Shown here: in pieces, positions 44,381 through 54,227 of the stretch
Numbering within the stretch: the first letter of the stretch is position 1
How the letters are laid out: the number at the start of each line of letters is the position of its first letter
Notes under the pieces: model-generated
The model's input: only the letters and a program-made list of their open reading frames with translations
The model's database searches: none
What the model was told of the DNA's origin: nothing
Source: an uncultured virus (IMG/VR IMGVR_UViG_3300029305_003094)
Lineage: Duplodnaviria > Heunggongvirae > Uroviricota > Caudoviricetes
Length of the DNA stretch: 64,000 nucleotides
IMG/VR virus record: IMGVR_UViG_3300029305_003094
Strand: one strand, 5' to 3'
Program-made: the position numbers and the translations under genes

Positions 44381-44959
44381 TTACGCAACAGGAGTCAGGC
44401 ACTCATCAAGATATGCCTCGGCTTCTGCTTCGGTGGCGAAGGTCTGGTGCTTCTCCCAAGTGCCAGCGGTCATGCCGTTGAAGTCAGCATCAAGGGGGAA
44501 CACGGTGCCTTCAATTGCAGTAGTGCCAAACTCGACACTCTCACCCCTGGTCTTGGCATCTGTGGTGATTTTCGTCCACTTCACTCTGGGGAAGAATTCG
44601 ACCTTGTACTTGCGGACACCATTCACCATCTTGGTGACGATGTGACCATAGCCAAACTCAGGAGCGGTGTCACCTACCTTCTTGACAACCTCGTCCTCGG
44701 TGATGGTGTTGCCCATCAGTTCAGCTTCTTTCTTGTCATCATCATTTGCAACGGTGATGGAAAGAGTACCCTTCTTAAAAGAGTAATCGCATTCTGCCAG
44801 AACATCATCCGCATACAGTTCAGCGGAATTGTACTCGGCAGAGAATTTTTCATCGATGACCTTTTCCAAGCAAGGCACAGCACCTTCAACAGCTGCATAC
44901 TTCTTGGTTTCGGTATCAATCTTGTTGTACTTGCCCTTCTTAAAGCCAATTCGTGCCAT
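44381..44959 (-). CDS. Major tail protein (phi13-like)
   Basis: MARIG...LYADD...TRGESVEFGT. Confidence 0.88.
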   Translation of the reverse strand: MARIGFKKGKYNKIDTETKKYAAVEGAVPCLEKVIDEKFSAEYNSAELYADDVLAECDYSFKKGTLSITVANDDDKKEAELMGNTITEDEVVKKVGDTAPEFGYGHIVTKMVNGVRKYKVEFFPRVKWTKITTDAKTRGESVEFGTTAIEGTVFPLDADFNGMTAGTWEKHQTFATEAEAEAYLDECLTPVA

Positions 44960-45291
44960 TATAAGTTCCTCTCTTTCTCAAATGAGATAGTTCTGTGGTA
45001 CAGTTCGGTGTCTTCCTCATACATTTCAGGGGAATCTCCTGTCCATACCCATTCATGTTGCTTCATCAGTTGCTTTATTTCTGCCACTATTGCCAAATAG
45101 TTGCCCTTGCTGAACACATCCACATCTACCGACACAACCGAATACAAAGGCTCATTGTCAGCACTCAAGGCTGGGTTCTCTGCGGTGATTGTCCATGTGA
45201 CAAAGGTTGTTTTCTTCCCCTTATACCGCAGATGTGCCACAGGCACCGTGCCTATTGCATCACCGAATATGGCTTTCAGTTCTTCATTCAT
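44959..45291 (-). CDS. Tail terminator protein
   Basis: VDVFSKGNY...YEEDTELYH. Confidence 0.75.
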   Translation of the reverse strand: MNEELKAIFGDAIGTVPVAHLRYKGKKTTFVTWTITAENPALSADNEPLYSVVSVDVDVFSKGNYLAIVAEIKQLMKQHEWVWTGDSPEMYEEDTELYHRTISFEKERNL

Positions 45292-45725
45292 TGCCCATCA
45301 TCCTCAATGTAGCGGTTTTGTACTTCCATCATGGCTTCTTCGATTTCCTTCTTGGCAAAGGACTTGCGGAAGAACGGCTTTTTCTTCTCGCCTGAAGATG
45401 TGCCGTATTCTCTCGCCATTGCAATCAGCGGAATCGGTTTGCCTTTGGGATAGGCTTTTGAAGCACTCTCTGCATCATAGCCATAGAAACCAATATGCAC
45501 ATTGATGCCACCATCACTCGGTGTTTCGTACACCTTTGTTATTTTCAATCCCTTGAGCAATGTTTCCGTCCGCTTGAAGGCTCTGCCCAAACCAGAAACA
45601 ACCTTGTTGTAGACAACAGTTGCACCAGCCTTGCACATTTCGCCCATCATCATCGGTGCATTGGTTTCCAGTTCGTCAAAAACCTTTATCAAGTCATTTG
45701 GAAGTTCCGCATTGAATTTCGCCAC
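45288..45725 (-). CDS. HK97 gp10-like neck protein
   Basis: EYGTS...KPFFR. Confidence 0.8.
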   Translation of the reverse strand: MAKFNAELPNDLIKVFDELETNAPMMMGEMCKAGATVVYNKVVSGLGRAFKRTETLLKGLKITKVYETPSDGGINVHIGFYGYDAESASKAYPKGKPIPLIAMAREYGTSSGEKKKPFFRKSFAKKEIEEAMMEVQNRYIEDDGQ

Positions 45726-46060
45726 TACTTTGTGACTTCCTTTGCCTGGATTTCCAACTCCACATTTGCTTCGTCCACATTGTTCAGGTATTCAATGGTA
45801 TATGACTTTCCATTGTAACGCACCATCATATCCCTTGTGATACTGGTCTTTGGGAATCGAATTGTGAAATTGGTGTATGCCTTCTCAAAATCGGTGTTGT
45901 TTGCAATCAGGGTGAACCCCTTGGTGGTCTTGACCTTTGCGTACACAGAAAGGATGACGGTTTCAGCTTTTACCTTGAAACCGCCACCATCTTCCTGTTC
46001 GGTCAGTTGGTAGATTGTTATGCGTTTGTTATACTCGCCAGCATTTATCACAAATTGCAC
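45725..46060 (-). CDS. Head closure protein (SPP1 gp16-like)
   Basis: NAGEYNKRITI...FTIR...DM...Y.I. Confidence 0.8.
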   Translation of the reverse strand: MQFVINAGEYNKRITIYQLTEQEDGGGFKVKAETVILSVYAKVKTTKGFTLIANNTDFEKAYTNFTIRFPKTSITRDMMVRYNGKSYTIEYLNNVDEANVELEIQAKEVTK

Positions 46061-46344
46061 CTTGTGTGCATATCCAAGATGGTCTGCACAACCTTATTGG
46101 GATTATTCTTGTCGATATACAAGCTGCGGTTGTCATACATATCCTGACACAGGACATATACGGCAATCACAAGGTCTGCATATTCGTCCAAGTCCGTAAG
46201 TGCGGTGTAATTGGCAATATAATCTTTGGCAACTGTGAGAAATGTCTGCAACTGGATTTCTTCAGCACCGCTGACCTCACCCAAACGGATGAAGTCAGCA
46301 ATGTCCTTTGTGGTGATTTCGCTCACCTTTGTGACCATATTCAT
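46048..46344 (-). CDS. Head-tail connector (gp6-like)
   Basis: A..YI..YT...MYDNR. Confidence 0.82.
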   Translation of the reverse strand: MNMVTKVSEITTKDIADFIRLGEVSGAEEIQLQTFLTVAKDYIANYTALTDLDEYADLVIAVYVLCQDMYDNRSLYIDKNNPNKVVQTILDMHTRCNL

Positions 46345-46350
46345 TCCCCC

Positions 46351-46500
46351 TTAAGAGGATTTCTTTTTAGGCTTCTCAATCGGTTCGACATAGCCAGCAC
46401 GGATCAAGTCCGTGACAATGTGCTTGTCACGGATATTCTTGACCTCGTTCTTTCTCATGGACACCAGACCGCTGAAGCCAACTAATGCCCTGACTTCCAT
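46351..46500 (-). CDS. Small hypothetical protein (49 aa)
   Basis: MEVRALVGFSG...DLIRAGYVE; fills the gap after the capsid gene. Confidence 0.65.
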   Translation of the reverse strand: MEVRALVGFSGLVSMRKNEVKNIRDKHIVTDLIRAGYVEPIEKPKKKSS

Positions 46501-46502
46501 AA

Positions 46503-47618
46503 TTAAGCCATGGTCAGCTTGGCAATCTTCTGGGCATTCTCAACCTTGGCATCAAACTCGACCCAAGCATTGACACCGACAGCGTGCTGGGTGGCAAACT
46601 TCTCACGCAGAACATTCAGTTCCAGAGCATCACTTCTCTGCTTCAGGGCAAGACCGCTGAAGTTGCCGAAGTAAATGACAACCTTCTTGGTTGCAATGTC
46701 AGGCATATTGTCAGACACCTCGACAGGGTAACCCAGCAGATAGCCGTCATACTCGCCACTCATATCGTTGTGGAACACCAGGCGGTCATCACCATCCTTC
46801 AGGCACTCAATGGCGGTCAGGGTGGCATTGGACATGATCCACTTTGCACCCTTGCGGAAACCCTTCTTGACGGAGTTCTTCAGCTTGACCAGTTCATCAG
46901 CGGTGATGGCGGTGGCAGAAGCTGCGTTCACATTCAGGCTGACACCACGCAGACCCTGAACCTTGCCGTCAGTACCAATCAGGCACTCTCGCTCCATGAA
47001 ACGAGCAACAACCTCGGCAACCAGATTGACCACGGTGTTCTCAAGGTCGATGTCGGTGTTGTTAATCAGGGACTTGCCCAGCTTGACCAACGCACCAGCA
47101 AGGAAGTTCTCCAGATTGACGGAAGTAAACTTGCCGACCTTGCTCTCCAGTTCGGTGAAGTCCTCGGCATAAGCCATGGTGATGTCGGTAGAACCATCAG
47201 CACCATACACAGGGACTGCCAGAGTACCCTTGGTGTCATACTTGGTTGCATCACGCAGAATGTTGGACATATCGTAGGCGGTGCTGATAATCTTCTTTGC
47301 AATGGTCTTGGGGATAATGGCACCGTTGTTGCCAATGGTCAGGTTGGCATCGGCACGATTCTCAATCACACCACGCACATAGTCAACAAACTGCTTGCTC
47401 TCACGGATCTCCACATCGGTTCTCTGCTCATTCTTGTTCATATTCTTGTCCTCTCTTTCAATGGTTTCATCAATGTTTTTGATTTCGTTTTCGTACTTTG
47501 CGAAGTTGTCTGCTTCTGCCTTGGTCAGGCTTCTCTTTTCCGCTTTGGCGGTGTTGAGAATGTCCTGAAGCTGACTCAGCAAATCGTTTCGCTTTTCCTC
47601 AAGTGCTTTGCGATTCAT
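46503..47618 (-). CDS. Major capsid protein (HK97 fold)
   Basis: Coiled-coil delta domain, GAIIPKTI, LLGYPV, YFGNF. Confidence 0.93.
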   Translation of the reverse strand: MNRKALEEKRNDLLSQLQDILNTAKAEKRSLTKAEADNFAKYENEIKNIDETIEREDKNMNKNEQRTDVEIRESKQFVDYVRGVIENRADANLTIGNNGAIIPKTIAKKIISTAYDMSNILRDATKYDTKGTLAVPVYGADGSTDITMAYAEDFTELESKVGKFTSVNLENFLAGALVKLGKSLINNTDIDLENTVVNLVAEVVARFMERECLIGTDGKVQGLRGVSLNVNAASATAITADELVKLKNSVKKGFRKGAKWIMSNATLTAIECLKDGDDRLVFHNDMSGEYDGYLLGYPVEVSDNMPDIATKKVVIYFGNFSGLALKQRSDALELNVLREKFATQHAVGVNAWVEFDAKVENAQKIAKLTMA

Positions 47619-47630
47619 TTTGCTTCTCCT

Positions 47631-48476
47631 TTACTTCGTCAGTTTGGCAAGCCGTGCTTCAAATGCGGAATAATCGATGGAACGGCTTTCCTGTTCCTCG
47701 GTTTCTTCCTCGGTCTGCTCGGCTTCGGCATCCTCTGCCTTTTCCTCGGTCTGCTCCTCGGCATCCTCGGCTTCGGTTTCTTCAGTTTCCTCTTGCGTTT
47801 CCGCTTCGGTTTCTTCAGTTACCTCGGTTTCCTCTTCAGTTTCCTCTGCCTTTTGCTCGGTCTTTAGTGCTTCAATCACTTTAGCTGCGACCAACTCAGC
47901 CAACTCCTCAATGCTGATGGTAGGCTGTTCGGTCTGCTCGGTTTCAGCGGTCTGCTCCTGTTCAAAGGCATCTGCTCGAATTTCCTTCATTCTTGCACCC
48001 CCTTCCCTTGTTTCGATACTAGTACCATAATAGGCTGGTGCTTTGGTGTCATCCAAGATGGACACCTCATGCAGATCCAAGTCTGTCACGGTTCTAATTT
48101 CGTCATTGCCTTCGGTGGTGATAACATCATCGTTGGCAATGAACCCAAAACTCCAACCAGACAGCTTGCCGTCCCTTGCTTTCTGCACAACCTCTTTGTC
48201 CGTGATGGTGATTTCGGCTCTCAAGCCAATGTTGTCTTCCTCAAGCACGGCACTTCCGTCTTCGGTGGATGCAAGAACCCTGTTTTCATCGTGGTTCAGC
48301 AACACAAGCACATTGCTATTCTTCTTCAGGGCATTGCGGAACACTCCAGCCTTGATGCGTTCGAGAAAAGTCCTGACCCTTCCGTGCAATGTTTCACGGA
48401 TAGGCTTGGACAATCTCTCAACTGCGTTCACATATCCATGAATGAATACACTATCGTTTCTTATCTCTACTCGCAT
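47631..48476 (-). CDS. Prohead protease (HK97 type) with acidic C-terminal tail
   Basis: LLNH, GWSFGF, LHEVSI...PAY; Glu/Thr-rich tail. Confidence 0.9.
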   Translation of the reverse strand: MRVEIRNDSVFIHGYVNAVERLSKPIRETLHGRVRTFLERIKAGVFRNALKKNSNVLVLLNHDENRVLASTEDGSAVLEEDNIGLRAEITITDKEVVQKARDGKLSGWSFGFIANDDVITTEGNDEIRTVTDLDLHEVSILDDTKAPAYYGTSIETREGGARMKEIRADAFEQEQTAETEQTEQPTISIEELAELVAAKVIEALKTEQKAEETEEETEVTEETEAETQEETEETEAEDAEEQTEEKAEDAEAEQTEEETEEQESRSIDYSAFEARLAKLTK

Positions 48477-48509
48477 TATGTCACCCCCTTCCTTGCGTTC
48501 TAAGCGGTT

Positions 48510-49745
48510 TTATTTTTCGGTGTCCACTTTCACCTCGTTGGTGCTGTTCTGTCCGTCCTCGCTGACAGGCTCACCGCCACCCATATTCACAGTAGAATTG
48601 GTGTTTGGTGTGTAGATGTTGCCTGTCTTGGTGTCCAGAAGCACATCACCCAAGCCAAGGTTGATGACATCCAAGCCTTCAAGAGCATCGTCATCTTCCA
48701 TGTAGCGGATCTCATTCCTGGTCTTGAAACCGCACTCAATAGCAATCTTGTAGGACTCAAACCGCTCCTTCATGCTACCCTTGTACAGTTCCTTTGTGTC
48801 AGGTGCAAAATAAAAGGACTTCTTTTCTTTCTCAAGCAAGAAGTCCCTGTTCAATGCCGTGGCAAATGCCACAGCAATCGGCATGATTGCGTTTTTGATG
48901 GTTTCCTCATAGGTAGAACCGATGTGGAAGATGTCCTTGATTTCGCTATTGAATGTGATTTGCTTTGCACTAATCTCGTTCTCTTTGGAAGTGTTGCTTG
49001 CCTCTTGGAATTCCATGCCATCGTTCAGGATGACCGTGTTGGCATTGCCAGCATAGTATTTCTCCCACGCATCCTTCAATGCTTGGATGGATTTTTGATC
49101 CAAGTGCTTCTGCGACTTGATGAAGCCTTTTCTGCTACCGCCTGTGACAGCAATGTCATAGTCATAACACAACCGCTTGAAGGCGGTCTGCAATGCCTTG
49201 CTGATTTCGTCCGTCAATCCTCTGCCAGCTGCACCATCCTTGCTGTTCCGCAACAGTTTGATAAACTGATGCTTTTGGAACATATCGGCATCCACCATCA
49301 AGGTGAAGTCCTTGTGGATGGCTTTCTCGTTCTTCTGCACCATCACCTTGTCGCATGGTACATAGTACAAAGCGGTGAATTTGTTCCCCATCTTGCCGAT
49401 GTAGGCATAACCGCCTTTACCAAGCAGATAGTCCTCACAGATTGCCTTCTTAAACTGGAATCCGTCAAGTGTGTCCCTTGTGTCATCGTTAATGATGGTC
49501 ACTCGTTCATCGGTGACTTCCTCGGTCACTCGCTTTCCGTCTTTCACAGTTTCCTTGTACAGTTTGAAGGGGATCTGTGCGAAGGTATTGCAGATAAAGT
49601 CAACACAACTCGCCACCGAAGGAATGGACAAGGTGCTTTCTCTGCTCATTTCGTAGCCGTTCAGCACGGCTCTCAACAGAACATCATCAACCTTGCCTTC
49701 GTTCAGCACTTCCTCTCGCTGTGCTTTCTTCTTAAACAACCCCAT
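48510..49745 (-). CDS. Portal protein (HK97 type)
   Basis: SVASCVDFI...IPFKLY...TRNEIRYMED. Confidence 0.92.
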   Translation of the reverse strand: MGLFKKKAQREEVLNEGKVDDVLLRAVLNGYEMSRESTLSIPSVASCVDFICNTFAQIPFKLYKETVKDGKRVTEEVTDERVTIINDDTRDTLDGFQFKKAICEDYLLGKGGYAYIGKMGNKFTALYYVPCDKVMVQKNEKAIHKDFTLMVDADMFQKHQFIKLLRNSKDGAAGRGLTDEISKALQTAFKRLCYDYDIAVTGGSRKGFIKSQKHLDQKSIQALKDAWEKYYAGNANTVILNDGMEFQEASNTSKENEISAKQITFNSEIKDIFHIGSTYEETIKNAIMPIAVAFATALNRDFLLEKEKKSFYFAPDTKELYKGSMKERFESYKIAIECGFKTRNEIRYMEDDDALEGLDVINLGLGDVLLDTKTGNIYTPNTNSTVNMGGGEPVSEDGQNSTNEVKVDTEK

Positions 49746-49763
49746 ATTTTCACCCCCTTCCTG

Positions 49764-51452
49764 TCAAAATGTTTGGACGATGAATCCGTCCTCGAAAATA
49801 GTGTCTTGCTGGAGCAGATATGTTGCATTCAGCATTGCCATGACCATATCCACCTTTCCCTTTGACCGCTTCTTGTGTATGTAGCGGTTCATGTTCGTGT
49901 CGAATGTGCATCGTGCGTTTTCAAAGTTGATTTCCAGAAGGTTGTTCGGCTCATACTGGAATTCCTTGTTGACTATCTTTTCATACAGAAGTTTGGTAGG
50001 GGAGTGAAGTGTGTCACTATGCTGGCGAATCTGTATGCAGTTGATGCTTGCGTACTTGCCACCATCACCGCTTTCCCATTTTTGTGCCGATGACAGGGCA
50101 TTGAAGCGGTCATATCCCAAAGCCTTGATATGCACACCATACTTCTCCTCAATGTGGAACACAAAGTCCTCTATGACTCCATAGTCAACGGTCTTGTTAC
50201 CACAGGCAATGCACTTCATGGCTTCGATAAACTTTCTGTAATCCACTCGTTCAAACTGGCTCTTCTCTTCGATTCGTCCTTCAGGGATGAAAGCAATGGC
50301 ATCTGCCAGGATGATGCCATCTTCCTCGGCAACCATGCCAACAGCACAGTTATCATTTGTCATTGCAAGGTCAACACCGATGTATACATCTCGGTCTTTC
50401 CAATCAATGTGGCTGACTTTGCATTGCAGAACATCGTTGATGTCAACAAAGGATTCCGTGCCAGCACCTTGGTATATGATGTTTGCGTGTTTGGTGAGGA
50501 AGTTTTCTCTTGCACTCTCGATGGCAATGGCTCTCGCTCTTTTCTTCAGCAAGTCTTCCCATATTTCAGGGATCTCCAAAGCCACAGGATTGCTGTGCTT
50601 GAGTATCATGTCATCGGTTGTCCAGTTCTTGGGATTGTCAGGCTCATACAACAAAGCGAATACTGTTTCGTCATCCTCGATGCCGTCCAAAACTCGCTTT
50701 GCATAGCTGACTTCATCCTCAAAGGGATTGTTTGCGGTGGGATATTTCGTGGAAATGATGCATCCCAGCTTGTTCAGGATGTTCAACTGTCCTGACCGCA
50801 TGGCTTCAATCGCATAGGAATTCGGCAATGCACCGACCTCATCCGCAAGGAACACATTCGGCAACTTGCCGTCAAAGCGGTTTGCGGAATAGTTCAGCGG
50901 ATAGTATCGGCTTTCGGTCAGGTTGAATTGAATGTAATCTCTCAACAGCCTGAACCTCGGCACTTCCTTGTACAGATAGACAAGGGGAGATGACCGCAAG
51001 GTTTCCTCAATGGCTGTTTTCACCTCTCTGGACAGCGAACCATCAGGTGCAACCGAATAGAATTTTGAATATTTCGGCTCTAATAAAAAAAGCAGAATGA
51101 ACATTGTCGCAACCGTGTAGGTTTTGAAGTTCTTTCTGCAAATTTCCAGTATGGCGGTTTCATATCTCCGCTTTTTGGGATTGTCCCTGTGTACAATGGC
51201 AAGCACCGAAGTGTAGAACAGCCATTGATACTGCGTGGAGCATTCATACAAACTGCACCCAGCCTTCAAGCCTTTCGGCATTACCAATAATTTCAGGACA
51301 TTCTCAATCTGTGTGACCTTGGTGGTGTCTAGGAAATACTTTTGATCCTTCCCATCAGCAATCTTGATGAATACACGGCATTGTTTCTTGACATATCGTG
51401 GGACTTCCTTTGACTTGACCGCCCACTTTGCGTATTCATAAGCCTTGTTCAT
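49764..51452 (-). CDS. terL: Terminase large subunit
   Basis: ICRKNFKT, LADEVG, GVDLA, KVDMVMA. Confidence 0.94.
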   Translation of the reverse strand: MNKAYEYAKWAVKSKEVPRYVKKQCRVFIKIADGKDQKYFLDTTKVTQIENVLKLLVMPKGLKAGCSLYECSTQYQWLFYTSVLAIVHRDNPKKRRYETAILEICRKNFKTYTVATMFILLFLLEPKYSKFYSVAPDGSLSREVKTAIEETLRSSPLVYLYKEVPRFRLLRDYIQFNLTESRYYPLNYSANRFDGKLPNVFLADEVGALPNSYAIEAMRSGQLNILNKLGCIISTKYPTANNPFEDEVSYAKRVLDGIEDDETVFALLYEPDNPKNWTTDDMILKHSNPVALEIPEIWEDLLKKRARAIAIESARENFLTKHANIIYQGAGTESFVDINDVLQCKVSHIDWKDRDVYIGVDLAMTNDNCAVGMVAEEDGIILADAIAFIPEGRIEEKSQFERVDYRKFIEAMKCIACGNKTVDYGVIEDFVFHIEEKYGVHIKALGYDRFNALSSAQKWESGDGGKYASINCIQIRQHSDTLHSPTKLLYEKIVNKEFQYEPNNLLEINFENARCTFDTNMNRYIHKKRSKGKVDMVMAMLNATYLLQQDTIFEDGFIVQTF

Positions 51453-51808
51453 TACTTGATGCCCAAAGCCTTCAGCAATTCGTCCTCGCCTTCGTTCTCA
51501 TCGTCACCATTACGCAAGGACTTGATAATTTTGATAAGGGTGGCAACTGTTTGGTTAGCTGCCGTACTGGTCTTGTTGTATTCACCGATTGCTGGGTGGG
51601 TGTAAATGTTCTCTCTGCCTTTGACATATTCCTTGGTCACCAAGGCACCGTCCTCTTTGATTTTCTCTTCAAGGTCGGCAAGGATGTCCAACTGGACTCT
51701 GTATCTGTTGAATGTGGTTATGAAGAAGAAGTTCTGCTCTACACCATGCTCGGTTGCAATCCGCAACACTTCTTCTGCCTGTTGCTGAAGTGTAGGTCTT
51801 TCTTTCAT
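51452..51808 (-). CDS. terS: Terminase small subunit (P27-like)
   Basis: IKEDG.LV...HPAI.EYNK; immediately upstream of terL. Confidence 0.85.
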   Translation of the reverse strand: MKERPTLQQQAEEVLRIATEHGVEQNFFFITTFNRYRVQLDILADLEEKIKEDGALVTKEYVKGRENIYTHPAIGEYNKTSTAANQTVATLIKIIKSLRNGDDENEGEDELLKALGIK

Positions 51809-51809
51809 T

Positions 51810-51912
51810 CCAAAAATCCTCTCTAAATTTTCTGTTGGTGTGTTCGCCTGGGCGATGTGAGGTCTTTTTCGACAAAATTTGTTTTTTATTTTTCCATGGG
51901 GGGGATTGTTTT
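51810..51912. other. Probable cos region
   Basis: Non-coding gap between HNH and terS with a C7 run and GC-rich core, usual for HK97-like phages; exact cos not determined. Confidence 0.45.
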
Positions 51913-52308
51913 TCATTCCTTGTGGACTTTGTTCACCAAGTCAATCAATACTTCCCTTGGGATTTCTCCCTTATCAGCCATCTTGTGGTGGTAGCTGCAT
52001 AGGCTTATTAAATTTTCATTGTCTAGCCTTCTGTTGTAGTCCTCTTGTAGCGGTGTTATGTGATGGACTTCAACTGTCTTGTAGTTCAACCATTCGATGG
52101 TGTTGTATAGGTTATTCAAACAGCATTGACAGAGGAATCTATCTCGCTGACGGATCTCCACACTTTTATCTGTCCATGCCTTTGTCTTCCTGAAGCGGTC
52201 ACTCTGCCTGTCACCGCTCTTTTGTCGGCTCTTTTTGTGTGGGCATTGGTGTCCCCTTGGGACGATTCCGCAGTATCTGCAAGTCACCAGGTCTTTCACC
52301 GCTCTCAC
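51913..52308 (-). CDS. Packaging-associated HNH endonuclease
   Basis: RDRFLCQCC...VHHI.P...NLISLC..HH. Confidence 0.88.
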   Translation of the reverse strand: MRAVKDLVTCRYCGIVPRGHQCPHKKSRQKSGDRQSDRFRKTKAWTDKSVEIRQRDRFLCQCCLNNLYNTIEWLNYKTVEVHHITPLQEDYNRRLDNENLISLCSYHHKMADKGEIPREVLIDLVNKVHKE

Positions 52309-52424
52309 CGCTTTTCTGTTCCATCTCTCGTTGGTATTCGCCTTCGCATATTCTGTTCAGCGGACACCGCTTGCAAGTGTTCGCATATCTCATGCATAGT
52401 TCAATTTCACGCATATCCACCACC

Positions 52425-53498
52425 CTAAACATAATGTATTGAGGTGAGTCTATCGTGCGAATACTCAAACAGCTGGAATCTCTTGTGGTTGCCAACATAG
52501 CCGTTTTTGCTATGCCAAGCATCTGTTTTGTTCCCTGTTGACAATCTCCGCACAACCACACCACTCTCATCACCATCTTTAATTTCGGTGTGCAAATGCC
52601 CCAGATGGATTTCCCTTGTTTTTGAATGTGCAAACTCAAGAGGAAACTCTATCGTAAACTGGCACCGTATATCCTTTGGCGAGGTTCTCCCATCATCGCA
52701 ATGTCCATATCCAATGAAAATGTCATGCCAATGGATGCACTTTCTCGGCTCTCTAGAATCATCAAAGGTGATTTGCTCACCAAACACCTCTTTCAACACT
52801 TCAAAGAAGAACCAGCCAGTTGTTTCATCGTGGTTGCCTTCGCTATAATGCACTCGAACATCATCGCAACATTGCTTTGCTTTTCTTAATATGCTGAAAT
52901 ACATCTGTCTTGCATCAGCATATGCCTTTTCCATGTCCACTTGTTGTATTGGTGTACCCTTTGCGGTTTTACCCCTAAAATCGTTATTATGGAACAAGTC
53001 CTGACCGATAATAACTTGAATGCACTCCCATTTTTTGCTTTCGATAATCACCAAGATGCGGTTTAAGGTTTCCTTGTAGTATTCAATGTCATTTATACCG
53101 AAATGCACATCGAATAAGGGAATTTCAAGCATCCCTTCAGGAGCATCCGTTTTGATAGGCTCTATATATTCAACCTTGGGAAGTTGTTTTGCGATTTCGA
53201 TGAGTCTTTCAAGGTTTTCTCGTTCTGCTGTTTGCTTAATCCAACATTGAATAACATTTCCCTTGCCGTCAACCTGAACCGTTGCACCATGAGGAGTAAA
53301 CCCTTTATAAGTGCCAGAATTCAAGGTGAGTTCATCCGCATAGGTTTTTTTCTCCCACTTGTTCAATGACCTTCTAAAAGATGCAAAAGATTGACCACTA
53401 TGCTGTTTTTTGAAAAAGTCATTGTATATTTCCCTAGAGGATAAACCTTGCTTTGCAAGTTCAACGCATTTCCGCTTTGTTTCCAGGTCAATCTTCAC
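52425..53498 (-). CDS. Calcineurin-like metallophosphoesterase with N-terminal HTH-like region
   Basis: DVHFG, GQDLFH, GNHD, GH, GHLH motifs. Confidence 0.8.
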   Translation of the reverse strand: MKIDLETKRKCVELAKQGLSSREIYNDFFKKQHSGQSFASFRRSLNKWEKKTYADELTLNSGTYKGFTPHGATVQVDGKGNVIQCWIKQTAERENLERLIEIAKQLPKVEYIEPIKTDAPEGMLEIPLFDVHFGINDIEYYKETLNRILVIIESKKWECIQVIIGQDLFHNNDFRGKTAKGTPIQQVDMEKAYADARQMYFSILRKAKQCCDDVRVHYSEGNHDETTGWFFFEVLKEVFGEQITFDDSREPRKCIHWHDIFIGYGHCDDGRTSPKDIRCQFTIEFPLEFAHSKTREIHLGHLHTEIKDGDESGVVVRRLSTGNKTDAWHSKNGYVGNHKRFQLFEYSHDRLTSIHYV

Positions 53499-53571
53499 AT
53501 CTTCACCTCGCCATATAGCAAAAGAGCAACCGCCTGAACGGTTGCCCTTTGTGCTGTTTTCCTATGGTAGC

Positions 53572-53605
53572 ATTATATCACATAACTTATGGGCATTGTG
53601 GGCAT
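53572..53605 (-). promoter_or_regulatory. Late promoter of prophage 2
   Basis: ATGCCCA direct repeats (activator-site-like) upstream of TG-A-TATAAT. Confidence 0.6.
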
Positions 53606-53642
53606 CTTTTTTGAAATTGTTTGAAAATTCCTAAAATAATGC

Positions 53643-53671
53643 TTGACATACTGCTAGCAGTATGCTATAAT
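53643..53671 (+). promoter_or_regulatory. Consensus promoter with palindromic operator
   Basis: TTGACA-17-TATAAT; perfect 18-bp palindrome CATACTGCTAGCAGTATG at 53647-53664. Confidence 0.88.
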
Positions 53672-53694
53672 ACAGACAGAAAGGGGGTGATGAT

Positions 53695-53802
53695 ATGAAA
53701 GTTAGGGTAAAGCGAAAGCCTACCGCCTTCGTGGTAGCTAAGTTGATTATCGAAGCAATCCTTGCACTGGCAGCTTTGATAACAGCTATCCGTTGGTGGT
53801 AG
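53695..53802 (+). CDS. 35-aa hydrophobic peptide, type I toxin-like
   Basis: MKVRVKRKPTAFVVAKLIIEAILALAALITAIRWW; GGGGGTGA RBS. Confidence 0.7.
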   Translation: MKVRVKRKPTAFVVAKLIIEAILALAALITAIRWW

Positions 53803-53855
53803 GCTAGCCTAGGGTGGGTCGCATGACCCACCCCCCTTGTGGGGATGGCATTGGT

Positions 53856-53884
53856 ATTATAACTTATTGAAAGGAGTTTTTCAA
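53856..53884 (-). promoter_or_regulatory. Antisense promoter facing the peptide gene
   Basis: TTGAAA-17-TATAAT on - strand. Confidence 0.6.
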
Positions 53885-54061
53885 GTGCTTTTAGATAAAT
53901 TCTGGTTTATTACTTTATGTGTGCTTATGATTATATCCGTAAATATCGGCTTGAGCATTCCGTTGCGGATCGCACTCGCCATCAATGCTGTTGTTATCCT
54001 GTGTGATGTGATTAAGGGAGTTAGGAGATTGTACAATGAATGTTGCGAAGCGGAAAACTAA
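53885..54061 (+). CDS. Small 2-TM membrane protein
   Basis: AAAGGAG RBS, GTG start, two hydrophobic segments. Confidence 0.65.
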   Translation: MLLDKFWFITLCVLMIISVNIGLSIPLRIALAINAVVILCDVIKGVRRLYNECCEAEN

Positions 54062-54227
54062 AACTTCCACAGAGGTGAAGGCACGATACAATCAAAAGAC
54101 TTATGATATTGTATCGGTTAGAGTACCCAAGGAAATGGCTGAAGCATTCAAGGCGAAGTGTGTTGCAGATGGTGTACCACAAGCACAGATTATCAAACAG
54201 GCTATTGAAGAATTTTTGCAGAAGTGA
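54036..54227 (+). CDS. Ribbon-helix-helix DNA-binding protein
   Basis: RYNQKTYD.VSVRVPK...F...C...G......I...I..F; terminator at 54226-54256. Confidence 0.78.
   Translation: MNVAKRKTKTSTEVKARYNQKTYDIVSVRVPKEMAEAFKAKCVADGVPQAQIIKQAIEEFLQK

Noticed and set aside
52211..52414. 67-aa Cys-containing ORF overlapping the packaging HNH gene
   Set aside because: Plausible RBS but a 98-bp overlap and no motif; too uncertain to list
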